64,000 bases of DNA from Naegleria gruberi (Eukaryota), in the NCBI GenBank assembly GCA_000004985.1, contig GG738866.1; one strand, 5' to 3'. The position numbers and the translations under genes are program-made. The notes below the pieces were generated by a model, which made no database searches, was not told the DNA's origin, and saw nothing but the letters and a program-made list of their open reading frames with translations. This document shows, one piece after another, positions 1-10,040 of the stretch (the first letter of the stretch is position 1; each line of letters begins with the position of its first letter).

Positions 1-1
1 T

Positions 2-183
2 GAATGTACTGGTGCCTACTCTCAACAACTCTACAAGAGTTATGGCTTTAATGAAAAGGCTAGAATCTACTACAATGAATATGAAGTGGAGGTACTCGCC
101 GAGGATAAGAAGGTAAAGGTCAAACCATTTATTACCATTCCAAAGCCTCACGAGTTTATCAACTTGTCCATTTTGGACTTGTA
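2..183 (+). CDS. 3'-terminal fragment (about 60 aa) of an upstream gene running off the left edge; product not recognised
   Basis: Frame 2 is open from the window edge to TAG at 181-183 (…YKSYGFNEKARIYYNEYEVEVLAEDKKVKVKPFITIPKPHEFINLSILDL*). Coding-like composition is followed by AT-rich 3' flank. No family recognised by eye. Confidence 0.3.
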
Positions 184-427
184 GATTAAGGAATTATTGG
201 GATGAGTTTTATTTTATGGTGGCAGTGGTTCATTTATATATTATGCATATTTACTTGTAGTAGTGTTGCTCACTTTACTTGTCAAGCTCCAAAACTTTAT
301 ATTGGCAAATAGTGGTGATACTGCTTCAACTGTACTATATTTACAAGTTTGGTTTGTTTTGGGAGTGGAACATTTAATAGTTCTTCCTCTTCCTTGACAA
401 ACCTATATGCTAACATCCATCAAATCT

Positions 428-637
428 CTAACCAAAAACCAGAGGCACATTGTTTAATCTCATCTCAAGCGGCGTTGACACAATACTTGTTTTGAGATTG
501 ATTCTGGTTTCTCCACGCCCACCAACCAATTTACTTAACACATTTGTATAACACCCTTTGCAAGTTTGTATGTGATTGTTGTCTGACAACGTTTTGCCAG
601 CATACTCACTTGTACGGAATATTGGTCTCATCACCAC
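428..637 (-). CDS. hypothetical small Cys-containing ORF (69 aa), divergent from the TPR gene
   Basis: ORF-track entry. It shares the AT-rich 638-840 intergenic region with the 841 gene. A possible second coding segment in the same orientation lies downstream at about 240-400. No homology recognised. Confidence 0.2.
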   Translation of the reverse strand: MVMRPIFRTSEYAGKTLSDNNHIQTCKGCYTNVLSKLVGGRGETRINLKTSIVSTPLEMRLNNVPLVFG

Positions 638-840
638 CCTTAAACCTTCACTGCAGATATTAGTTATAACTAATCTCTGAAATTTATATACATTTATATA
701 CCCCTTAATAAATTTATTTTATATTAAATCTTTCTCAATTTATGACATTTGGCAGATCACTTGTGATTATCATTGACATTATCTTTTGATATCGGAATTG
801 TTGTAACAGTATCAATTCCGATAACCAAGCTTTCAAAAAA

Positions 841-3780
841 ATGTCTCAACCAGAGCAAGCACAAAAATTTAAAGAAGAAGGAAATCAATTTTTCAAATTG
901 AAAAAGTATGATCGAGCCATTGAATTATATTCAAAATGTATAGAATTAGATCCGAACAATTCCATCTATTATTCCAACAGAAGTGCCTGCTATCAGAATA
1001 TTGCCGATTATCGATCCATGATTCGTGATGCAGAACAAACCATAAAATTGGATCCGAAATTCAGTAAAGGTTATTTCAGACTTTCGAAAGGTTTGATGGA
1101 ATTGAATCGTTTCGGAAAAGCCTATCAAGTATTAGCAGATGCTCTCAATAATCAACAATTAAATCAATCAAAGGAAGAGAGATCAACTTTTGAATCGGAA
1201 TTGAACAAGTGCATTCAGAAATTACAGGATGAACAGGCACTGTTGGAAAAAACTCAGGAATTGATTAATCCCTTCTCGAATATGAATTCATCATCATCAG
1301 TGATGAGGAGAATTGAAATGGAAATGAGAAGGGAATTTTATTTAAATCATTTCGTAAGGAAGGAACACAAGATTGTCATTATTGAAAAATTGGATGATTT
1401 ATTGAAGGCAATGAAGAGTGTTGTGAAAAGAGTTGGAAATTTGGATCAATTGAAACAAGCAAATGATAGCACTGTAACTGAAAAGGATGGAAAGATCATG
1501 TTGGGTGAAAAGGAGCAAGATTTAATCAATGAGGAATATAAGAATAGAGCCCTTCCAACAAGTTGCTTAAATTGGAGATATCAAGTGCAACACATTGAAC
1601 CAATCATGAAGGAATTGGAAGAGATGGGAATTGGATTCTTGGAAATTTGTGCTGTCATTTTGGTTTTCTTTGCGAGACCAGAAATTTCCTACACCTTGCT
1701 GAAGAGAATGTTAAAGAGTGATACTTCCCTTCAATCGAATGAGAGTAAGGTTCATGCCTATGTACTTCTCGCTCAGTCTCATCTCTTCTGGAAGGGAGTC
1801 CCAAGAAGGGATATTGGCCTCTCATCAAATGATAACAGGCCATTGCAATATTTGAGAAGTGCACTCTCCTTGTTGGAAAAGGTTGACAAGAAGAATTACA
1901 ACTCCACTGTGAATCATATCCTCGTTTGGACCTATATCAACTTGATTCAACAATGCTGTCTACCTGGTGATGAGACAAGAATCTCTGTGGAGGATTTAGA
2001 ACATTTGATGAATGATTTTTATCAGATTCTTTTCATTTTGGACAGCTCAGAATTGTCAGAGTTTTCTCACATGAATGCTCTCTGTCAGGATGGAATTAGA
2101 TTTTGGTTTGCTCATTTACAAAGTCAACTAGGAGCTTTTGATCAGTTCCAAAGAGTTTCTCTTCTTCCTGATCATGAGGTTGTTTCATTGGTAGAGAAAA
2201 TGTTCAATGAATTCCACTCTGCCAACTTGCCCCTCCCAAAGCAATGCCTGAACAAGTTCTTTTTGCATGCCTTGTCAGAGAGTTTACTCATGAGAAACAA
2301 TTTGGAAGGATTTTTGAGGAATATTCGATTAGGTTTATTGTCAATTGCAGAGATGAATCGAACAAGAGAAAAGAAGAATTCATCATTCCTCGAGCCAAGT
2401 ATGCACTCTTTACACTATGCACTTGCTCTTCAATGTTTCCACAATAGATATGCTTTTAGAAAGACTGATAATGAGAGGAATTTATTGAAGAATTGCATTG
2501 AAAGATTTGATGAAATTGTTCATGCCTATGATTTCTCCAACTCTAAAAAGTTGAATTTGTTGGAAAATTTGGAGTTGCACGATTTATTGGTAGTGATTAG
2601 CATGTATGGATCTGATTATTTGTGTGAATCATTCACTCATTTCTGCACCATTACTCATTTACATCATCGTGATTATCCATATTTATTGACAAGATTATTG
2701 ATTCAAACTGTAAGAATACCAAAAAAGATCAAATCCATTCATCAATTGAATGAAGGAGGAATTTTATCTGATTATTATGAAAAGTCTTTATCAATTATTT
2801 CTAATGAAGATTCTCTGGTAAAGAGCAATAATATTATAACATCTACTCTAAAGATTAATAAGGAAATTGAGTGGATAAATAACAATGAGTATTGGTCCCA
2901 AGGATTCGATCAGGAGAATGTAAAAGTATTATTAATTAAGGATGCAATTGATTTGGGAGATTTAAAGAAATATACTCACAAATATCAATCATGTTTATTG
3001 ACAGCTATGGAAACGAGTTCTGATTTTCATTTTGCATTCTTGAAGGAGGTGCTAAAAAGTGAAGTTAACTTGCTGAGAGCAAACACTGATTCATCAACAA
3101 TTTTGGAAAAATTGACAGGAAGCGTCTTTGATGTTTTGGAAACAAATACTCACCTATTCAAGCAAGAAAAGACACTCCAAGATTTGATACAACACAACGT
3201 GAGAGAAGGTGCCATTGTAAAGCTTTCACTTCCATCTCAATATTTGGCCAAGTTTCTAAAGTCGGTGAGAAACTTTTTGATTCAATCTTTAGCAATAGAT
3301 ATCTTTGAAAGGGATGAATTTGATAATATTCCAAAATTGAAGAGAGCTCCAACTAAGGATGAACTAATAAGAGCAAGAGAATTGCTTTCTCTTCATCCTT
3401 CACCGTTTGCTGAGCAATTTTCAAAATTGGCAGAATTTTATAATTTGAATTCATTTGCTGATTTGATATTTTCACCATTGGGGAATGATTTGGATGAGAA
3501 TAATAGGAATGGATTTTCTTTTGAGAAAATGGCTCAATATGTGGAAAAGACTCTTGGATTGAGAATTATTTCACTCTCAACCTCTTTAATGCCATTCCAA
3601 GGCATTCTTCAGGAATACATTGAAGAAACAAAGGATATCAAGTTGAGAGATTGGAAAGCAATGGATTTATTTGCAAAATCAAATAGTGCATATTTCACAT
3701 CTCCACTTTATGTTTTATGTGAAAAGCCAGTCAAGAAGGTTGATATTTCATTGATAAGAAGAAAGATCCACTTGGCTTGA
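841..3780 (+). CDS. TPR-repeat protein (979 aa): N-terminal 3xTPR domain (Hop/Sgt/Tom70-like) plus a long alpha-helical C-terminal region
   Basis: Uninterrupted ATG…TGA ORF. The N-terminus AQKFKEEGNQFFKLKKYDRAIELYSKCIELDPNNSIYYSNRSACYQNIADYRSMIRDAEQTIKLDPKFSKGYFRLSKGL is a textbook TPR1-3 array. An AT-rich promoter lies upstream. Confidence 0.8.
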   Translation: MSQPEQAQKFKEEGNQFFKLKKYDRAIELYSKCIELDPNNSIYYSNRSACYQNIADYRSMIRDAEQTIKLDPKFSKGYFRLSKGLMELNRFGKAYQVLADALNNQQLNQSKEERSTFESELNKCIQKLQDEQALLEKTQELINPFSNMNSSSSVMRRIEMEMRREFYLNHFVRKEHKIVIIEKLDDLLKAMKSVVKRVGNLDQLKQANDSTVTEKDGKIMLGEKEQDLINEEYKNRALPTSCLNWRYQVQHIEPIMKELEEMGIGFLEICAVILVFFARPEISYTLLKRMLKSDTSLQSNESKVHAYVLLAQSHLFWKGVPRRDIGLSSNDNRPLQYLRSALSLLEKVDKKNYNSTVNHILVWTYINLIQQCCLPGDETRISVEDLEHLMNDFYQILFILDSSELSEFSHMNALCQDGIRFWFAHLQSQLGAFDQFQRVSLLPDHEVVSLVEKMFNEFHSANLPLPKQCLNKFFLHALSESLLMRNNLEGFLRNIRLGLLSIAEMNRTREKKNSSFLEPSMHSLHYALALQCFHNRYAFRKTDNERNLLKNCIERFDEIVHAYDFSNSKKLNLLENLELHDLLVVISMYGSDYLCESFTHFCTITHLHHRDYPYLLTRLLIQTVRIPKKIKSIHQLNEGGILSDYYEKSLSIISNEDSLVKSNNIITSTLKINKEIEWINNNEYWSQGFDQENVKVLLIKDAIDLGDLKKYTHKYQSCLLTAMETSSDFHFAFLKEVLKSEVNLLRANTDSSTILEKLTGSVFDVLETNTHLFKQEKTLQDLIQHNVREGAIVKLSLPSQYLAKFLKSVRNFLIQSLAIDIFERDEFDNIPKLKRAPTKDELIRARELLSLHPSPFAEQFSKLAEFYNLNSFADLIFSPLGNDLDENNRNGFSFEKMAQYVEKTLGLRIISLSTSLMPFQGILQEYIEETKDIKLRDWKAMDLFAKSNSAYFTSPLYVLCEKPVKKVDISLIRRKIHLA

Positions 3781-3826
3781 AGAAGTATCTACACAAATTT
3801 TCAAATAAATAAAATTTACAATGAGT

Positions 3827-5309
3827 TTATCTACGAGTACAAATGAGTTGACCTCTTGGATGTAAACCTTCTTCTTCCAAAGTCTTGTTAATATTAGCTG
3901 ATGTGAGGGAGTATGTTTTTGGTGGAACACCTGGGCAATTGAATGAGAAAGTAGAATCCTTAACCAATGTGGCAATGTGAGCATGGACAGCCTTAATGGT
4001 ATCAGTTGGTTTGAATTTGGCAGTTATGGTTGTACCATCCAAAAGACGAACTCTGATGGCACTTTCTTGTGGTTGGGCAGGAGTTTGAGTGGTAGTTGGA
4101 GTGCTAGTGGCTGAGGATGAACCTTCAGAGCTAGTTGGAGTGGTGTCACGAGCGAGGAAGGCCTTCAAACCCATTCTTTGCAAATCAGTGAGATCCTTTT
4201 CGGCTTGACGAAGTTCTTCAGCCTTACCTTCTTGTCTGAATCTGTCCATCTTTCTTCTAATTTTATCTTCTTCGAGCAATTGTTTCATTCTGAGTTTTTC
4301 CTTCTTTTCGTCTTGCTTTTCCTTCTTGAATAATTCCAAATCTCTCTTCTTTTGATCTTCCTTGAGCTTTTCCATAGTTTCCATGGCCAATTTACCTTGT
4401 TCTCTACGTTTTAATTCTCTTTCCCTTTGTGATTTCTTTTCCTCTTCTTCCATCTTTCTCTTATTTTCCATTCTCTTTTGTTTGAGAAGTTCCTTCATTT
4501 CTTCAGCACGTTTCTTCTTATCTTCTTCAGTTTCAACAGTGAATTGAATCATTTCATCAATATCAGGATCTTCTTGATGTTCAAGCAACCATTCAATACA
4601 TCCTTCCTTTGAAGGTGGTTGTGGTGAATTCAAGAGAGCCTTCATTGATCTCAATTTAGAAAATTCCATTTCCATAAGTTCCTTAAGAATGTTAGCATCA
4701 ACAACTTTTTCAATTTCAGCCATAACTTGTTCATCAGAAACAGTTGTATCTACAGCTTTGGTTTCAGAGCTTGATGATTCTGTGGTGGTTGATGATGGTG
4801 TAGTTGTGGAGGATGAAGAATCAGTCTTTTTAGCATCAGTAGATGGCTTTGTTGTGGCCTTCTTTAACTTGTTTTGCAACAAGGACAATTCAATAGCCTT
4901 ACGAGTTTCGTCATCCAATTCATCAATTTCATCTTCCATAGCATCAACCTTTCTTACTGGTCTATGTTCATCAGCCCATGGATTTTTATAGACTTGACCT
5001 GCCAATCCTGATGAAGTTGTTGTATCAGAACTACTACTACTACTGGTTGCTCCCAAACTTCTACCACCTCCTTGGAAGGCTTGGAATGAATCTCCATATT
5101 CGTTAATCAATTTTTCTACTTTTTGAATATCAGCTCCGACTACAGATGTGAGCTTTGTATTATTCTTATAAAAGACAAATGTTGGCATTGCTCTAACTTC
5201 TTCCTTTGAGGAAATTGCATTATGTTTATCAACATCAACTTTGAGGAAGACAACGTTTGAATATTTAGAGGCAAGTGCTTCATAATGTGGTTTAATCATT
5301 TGACATGGT
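3827..5309 (-). CDS. thioredoxin-UIM-UBA-UBX protein, exon 2. Joined to 5559-5662 across a 249-nt intron (5310-5558), product is about 528 aa
   Basis: The acceptor atatag (rc 5310-5315) is followed by A CCA TGT CAA ATG ATT AAA CCA, giving G-P-C-Q-M-I-K-P and completing WCGPCQMIKP…[13 protein letters not shown]…[10 protein letters not shown] (thioredoxin fold). Downstream motifs: UIM-like [14 protein letters not shown]; UBA-like [11 protein letters not shown]…[16 protein letters not shown]; a K/E/R coiled coil; C-terminal UBX-like [28 protein letters not shown]…PRGQLI. Stop TAA is rc(3827-3829). Confidence 0.75.
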
Positions 5310-5558
5310 CTATATTATTATCATCATTAAATCATATGAATGATTTTGTATATTATTATTATTTCAATCAATGAAAATACAAGATATACATTGTGATCAC
5401 AAAATTAAATCATCGTCATTACATAACCAATTATAATTATCATCATCCGAATATTATTATTATTAAACCAATGATTAATATAAATTATTAATTAGTTAAT
5501 ATATTAATGATCACACAACAATCTCTACCCGATCAAAATCCAACATCACACAACTTAC

Positions 5559-5662
5559 CCACACCATTCAGCATAAAAATCAGCAACCACCAACTTTCCA
5601 GTGCTATTACGGAGGTAACCTCTGAATTCCTCTTCAGAATTAATGTGTTTAACCTTGGACAT
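5559..5662 (-). CDS. thioredoxin-UIM-UBA-UBX protein, exon 1 ([35 protein letters not shown], ends in phase 1)
   Basis: ATG is rc(5660-5662). The exon ends in …GAA TGG TGT GG directly before a GTAAGT donor (rc of acttac 5553-5558). It encodes the front half of the thioredoxin WCGPC motif. Confidence 0.7.
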
Positions 5663-6182
5663 TTTTGATCAACAACAAACAAAAAAAAACCTTTTTTTTT
5701 AAATTTACTTTGGAATTGTGAGGTTATTTTTAGATTTAAAGTTTGTTTGAACTTGGAAATTGTAAACTTTGTTTAATATTATTATTTTTATTCATTTAAC
5801 AAGTTGAATAATATGCAAAATTGATTAAGGGAGCGGAATATCACCATTACATTGAACATGATAAAACTATTCTTTTTCCAAGAAAAATTTGAGAAATTTG
5901 TTAAAAGTTGGATGAGTTCAAAAGAGGTTAGGAAAATAGGCGCGCATTTCACTTTACAGTTTTGATTAGAGTAGAGTCAAGACATGATTGTGAACCAATC
6001 TCAGTAATTTGAGGAAGGAACTTCAACACTTTCTGTAGTTTGAAACGTAGCAAGTTTTCACATAAGGTTTCGAATATACAATTGTGGAAGGTAAAACAGA
6101 AATGAGTAAAAAGAAAGAGGTGGAGAAACGGAATCACTCTACAACTAATCAAATGCTAATGTGTCTGTTCTCATTGTTGTAC

Positions 6183-6576
6183 AGCACGTTTACTTCAAGT
6201 TTGACAAGATTTGGGGAAATTAAAATTGTTTTTTTTAAAATTTAAAGTATTTCATCTTTCAATTTTGATTTGGCAAGTAAACTCAACTCCATTTGAAAAG
6301 AATCTGTAACGATAATATTTTATTCAACAAAATGCTAATTTCTCGATGGAATTAAGGTAGTTTTGAAATCTGACTTCAAATTATGAATCCTCGCATTGAC
6401 ATACCCCTTGGGGTGGCAGCATTCTCAAAAATATGTAGAAATGAGTAAGAACGAGTGGTTAGGTGTTGTTCTATTGAAATGCTTATTTTGGATTTGACAG
6501 CAGAAGAACAACAAAATTTTTTCTAAATAATTTATTTTCTTTCAAAAAACGCGTCAAATTTGAAGTAAACGTGCTG
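6183..6576. mobile_element. non-autonomous MITE (394 bp) with 24-bp terminal inverted repeats and flanking TA/TA, Tc1/mariner (Stowaway-like) type
   Basis: Left TIR CAGCACGTTTACTTCAAGTTTGAC (6183-6206); right TIR GTCAAATTTGAAGTAAACGTGCTG (6553-6576), whose reverse complement matches the left TIR at 23/24 positions. Both ends are flanked by TA (6181-6182 and 6577-6578). The interior is AT-rich and non-coding. Confidence 0.6.
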
Positions 6577-6802
6577 TATCATCTGAAAATGATTATTGTA
6601 CGAGAATCGAATAATGTTAAAAATATGTTGAAACGTGATAGATCGAACATTTCAGGGCCAAACTCCATATTTCCAAATGAGTAGCAAATGTGAAACCACA
6701 ACATCAAGTTAATACATTGGAGTTCCTTCCTTAAATTACTGAGATGCGCCAATTCTGTCAAAGTTGTACAATTAATAAGTCACAAATCAAAACCAATTTT
6801 GG

Positions 6803-7432
6803 ATGCCATTTAAGGAAACTTTAAAAACCAAAGAAATGTGTCAGCTCATGGCGTCAAGGCTTGTGAAATGGTTCATGCCTACCGCCAACTATCATGTTCG
6901 AAAAACAATCAAAAAAAACACAATGATGAACAACTCTAACATCAAGGAATTACATTTTAATAATCAAGAAACAAGCCTTGTTTCGAATGAAAAGATGATC
7001 AGCTCACCATTATCAGAAGAAACATGCTGTACTAACGAACCAGAGAGGGTTTGGATTCATTTCGGTCACATTCCACATGTTTCGAATAGTTTACAACCAA
7101 CAAGCCTTGAGCAAATGAAATCAACTCTTCACCAACCTAAAGTGATGATTGAGAAACAGAGAAAAACAGAAAGACTCCTTCAGGATAGAATCACAGGTAA
7201 ATTATTCTATCAATCAACCGAATCTCATTCGAAATCTCTCAAACAACCTCTGTTTATCCCATCTCAATTCAACGATTCTGAAAGAAAGCCTCCTTCGATC
7301 AAGGAAGAACGTAGAAGAGCCAAAGAGAGGTCTCAAAAAGCCTTGTTAGAAAGCATTCGAAACCAGCCTATTTCACTTCCAACATCCTATTCCATCGTGA
7401 GAAGAGTACTTAACTTCGATGATGAGGAATAA
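6803..7432 (+). CDS. hypothetical basic/Ser-rich protein (209 aa). It is the intact founder copy of the local ~1-kb tandem repeat family
   Basis: ATG…TAA ORF. The whole ORF region reappears in decayed form (frameshifts and deletions) in downstream repeat copies B and C. The product has no recognisable domain and ends …KERSQKALLESIRNQPISLPTSYSIVRRVLNFDDEE. Confidence 0.4.
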   Translation: MPFKETLKTKEMCQLMASRLVKWFMPTANYHVRKTIKKNTMMNNSNIKELHFNNQETSLVSNEKMISSPLSEETCCTNEPERVWIHFGHIPHVSNSLQPTSLEQMKSTLHQPKVMIEKQRKTERLLQDRITGKLFYQSTESHSKSLKQPLFIPSQFNDSERKPPSIKEERRRAKERSQKALLESIRNQPISLPTSYSIVRRVLNFDDEE

Positions 7433-8088
7433 TCAAAATGTCCACCCAAATATCACCAAACGTTCTACGTTCCCTCCAAATAATGGCCTTATATAATAAA
7501 CTTCAATTGTAATCTCAAAAATTTCAGATCTCCTTCCTGTTTCAAGAAAATCTTTTAAAGGAATTTTTGAAGGAGATTTATTTGGTACAAAACTTCCATT
7601 ACTCCAAGCAATTATTAATTGTTGCAAAAAATTGACCTTATTTATCAGAAATGCCCGAGATCATTTTCTCCATTCTGTCACCTTGAAAAAATTGCATATG
7701 AACAAAAGTTCATTCTCGAATTACCAATTCTAAACTTTGAAACTTTAATGGTTTCGAATAATACAACGACTCCAACCACGATTGTATTTGCTCATTTCCT
7801 TATTCTATTTGATCTTTGATGAAAATCGTTTAGGCGAATCATATTATTAAAATGTCATTTTCATGCATGCTTAATATTTTCGAAATGGTCAATAAACTAC
7901 GATATTCGAAATGTAAAGTGACTAGGATAACTAACTTAACTATTACCTTTTTACATTTGTGAAAGATTGAAAAATTCTCATAAAAGTTTCGAATAGATGT
8001 TATATATACCAACAACATCTCTGCTACTCATACGACATGTCATGCATCCAAAATAATACACCATTTAGTCCAGAGACACTTTCCACAT
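7066..8088. repeat. tandem repeat copy A (about 1.0 kb unit; overlaps the 3' half of ORF 6803-7432 plus about 650 bp downstream)
   Basis: The unit begins at TTCCACATGTTTCGAATA (7066) and the next unit begins at the same motif at 8072-8089. Internal segments align to copies B, C and D at roughly 75-90% identity. Confidence 0.6.
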
Positions 8089-8560
8089 GTTTCGAATAAT
8101 TTACATCCAAAAAGCCTTGAGCATGAATTAACTCTGCAACACCTAAAATTATGATGATTGAAAAACAGAGAAAAACTGAAAGACTCCTTCAAGATAGAAT
8201 CACACACAGAGTCTTTCAACATCCTATTCCAACACGAGAAGAGTGCTAAACTTTGCTGACGATGAATAATCAAAAATCACACAAATATCATCAAACGTTC
8301 TACGTTCCATGCCAACACCATAATAAATTTCATAAAATCTCAAAAGTCGTTCCAAATAATTCTATAAAAGGATTTATTGAAAGAATGTCCAAGCAATTTG
8401 ACATACTTGGTCCTCTTCAATTACCTTATAAAAATGACCTTATTTATCACAAATGCCGATCATATTCTCCTTCCATCAACCACAGCTGTCTCCATGAAAA
8501 TTGTTGATTAAAATAATCAAACAGACCCTTAATTGGAAGATCATCATGTTGCATCTCAGT
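8089..8560. repeat. tandem repeat copy B (5' part of the unit, with an approximately 175-bp internal deletion relative to A)
   Basis: 8089-8215 aligns to 7078-7195 and 8216-8560 aligns to 7384-7700, skipping A's 7197-7383. The reading frame of the copy-A ORF is destroyed (an early TGA). Confidence 0.6.
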
Positions 8561-8743
8561 TAGGGTTCTTTTTGAGATGCAATTCTCTGATTGAGACGCT
8601 AACCCTGGTAAGACTGTGTAGTCTGATTGTGTGGGGTACTTATGTAAAATGGAGTTCAATACTTGTTGAAGAAAATTTTTGAAACAATTTTTCACAACAT
8701 TCAAGAGTTAAACAAATAAACAACAAACAAGTTGAGTTATCTG

Positions 8744-9217
8744 ATGGAAAGTTCAAGAAGAATGGGTGGTGGCTCATCTGGAGAGGTTGCAATCATGATG
8801 GAAGAATCAGAAATGTTAAAGGAAAGAGATCAGGAAGGCTTGGAAAGGTATTGTAGAATAGTTTCGAATACATGTGGAGATTATCCTTTGGCATGTTGGA
8901 GTGGAAGGCTTCCCTTTTTTACTTCTATTGATGAGAGTGTGCATAACACGAATCATTGGGATGATCTTTTCAATCAATACTATTCAACTCAACATGTATT
9001 CGAAACATGTCAGGACGAATTGAAACTTTCCACTTTGAAAAGAAAGAGAAGAGTGAAAGAGCCTTCTTTGAGTGCAACACATGAAGAACCTATTGACAAC
9101 GAGGAACAAGATGAATTAGTACAGCTGAATGAAGAGGATTCATTCTCTGGACGAAACATTAAAAAGACGAAACGTTTACATGCATGCTCTTCATTATCAG
9201 AGCAGAAGGAAGAATAA
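8744..9217 (+). CDS. hypothetical 157-aa protein (acidic ends, KRKRR basic patch) embedded between repeat copies
   Basis: ATG at 8744; the track's 8732 start is TTG. It ends TAA at 9215-9217. The composition is richer in G+C than the flanks. It contains two inverted ACATGT/TTCGAA motifs, and no homology is recognised. Confidence 0.3.
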   Translation: MESSRRMGGGSSGEVAIMMEESEMLKERDQEGLERYCRIVSNTCGDYPLACWSGRLPFFTSIDESVHNTNHWDDLFNQYYSTQHVFETCQDELKLSTLKRKRRVKEPSLSATHEEPIDNEEQDELVQLNEEDSFSGRNIKKTKRLHACSSLSEQKEE

Positions 9218-9399
9218 ACATCAAAATTATATTCACCCATAAACATGTTCATTCAATATAAAGAAAGAATTCGTTTTTTTATAGTTTTGTTTTTGTTGAT
9301 CAGAATAATGTGAATGAATTGTTTGAAACTTGGACATGTAGTGATGGTAACGAATGGTATCTGTAAACTCTAGAATAGGTTTCCTGAGAATATCATCCA

Positions 9400-9982
9400 T
9401 TTCGAATAGCATCTCTCCAATATTTCACTTCCCAACAACATCTTTCAATCTCTGAAACGATGCAGTAGTTTCAAATGATATCCCTGCTAAGATTGAAAAA
9501 CTTGATAATCACACTATCTTAGTCACGGTTAATATTTCATATTAATTGCTTGGATGATATTGGGGATTCCAATAACACTGAGCTTACATCGAAAAAGCGT
9601 TGAACAAATGAATTAACTCTGCAATACCTAAAGTGATTATTGAAAAACAGAGAAAAACTGAAAGACTCCTTCAAGATAGATAAAATCACACAAATATCAT
9701 CAAACGTTCTACGTTACATGCCAACACCACAAAAAATTTCATAAAATCTCAAAAATTCAGGTCTCTTTCCTCTTGTTCCAAATAATTCTATAAAAGGATT
9801 TATTGAAAGAATGTCCAAGCAATTTGACATACTTGGTCCTCTTCACTTACCTAATAAAAATGACCTTATTTATCACAAATGCCGATCATATTCTCCTTCC
9901 ATCAACCACAGCCTAAAAAACCCATGAAAATTGTTGATTAAAAAAATCTAACAGACCCTTAATGGAAGAGCATCATGTGCTC
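9400..9982. repeat. tandem repeat copy C (partial unit, further deletion between two AATCACA direct repeats; truncated by the 50-N gap)
   Basis: 9590-9982 aligns to 8100-8560 (for example AAACGTTCTACGTT…GGATTTATTGAAAGAATGTCCAAGCAATTTGACATACTTGGTCCTCTTCA is near-identical). 9400-9560 aligns to 47210-47340 on the far side of the big gap. Confidence 0.6.
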
Positions 9983-10032
9983 NNNNNNNNNNNNNNNNNN
10001 NNNNNNNNNNNNNNNNNNNNNNNNNNNNNNNN
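9983..10032. other. 50-N assembly gap
   Basis: A run of exactly 50 n, directly abutting the 3' end of the U2 gene. Confidence 1.
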
Positions 10033-10040
10033 TAATAATA

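Noticed and set aside
4362-4991. Plus-strand ORFs 4362-4547 and 4689-4991 (S/F/L-rich)
   Set aside because: They are antisense to the K/E/S-rich low-complexity part of the thioredoxin-UBX gene. Mirror-image low-complexity ORFs are typical artefacts there.
5949-6152. 67-aa minus-strand ORF just left of the MITE
   Set aside because: It sits in AT-rich intergenic or promoter DNA of the thioredoxin-UBX gene. It has a hydrophobic, low-information sequence and nothing to suggest a real gene.
8560-8620. TTAGGG and CCCTAA (vertebrate-type telomere hexamers) in inverted orientation, with a GCATCTC…GAGATGC hairpin
   Set aside because: Each hexamer occurs once, not in tandem, so this is not a telomeric or interstitial telomere array. 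It is probably chance in repeat-derived DNA.
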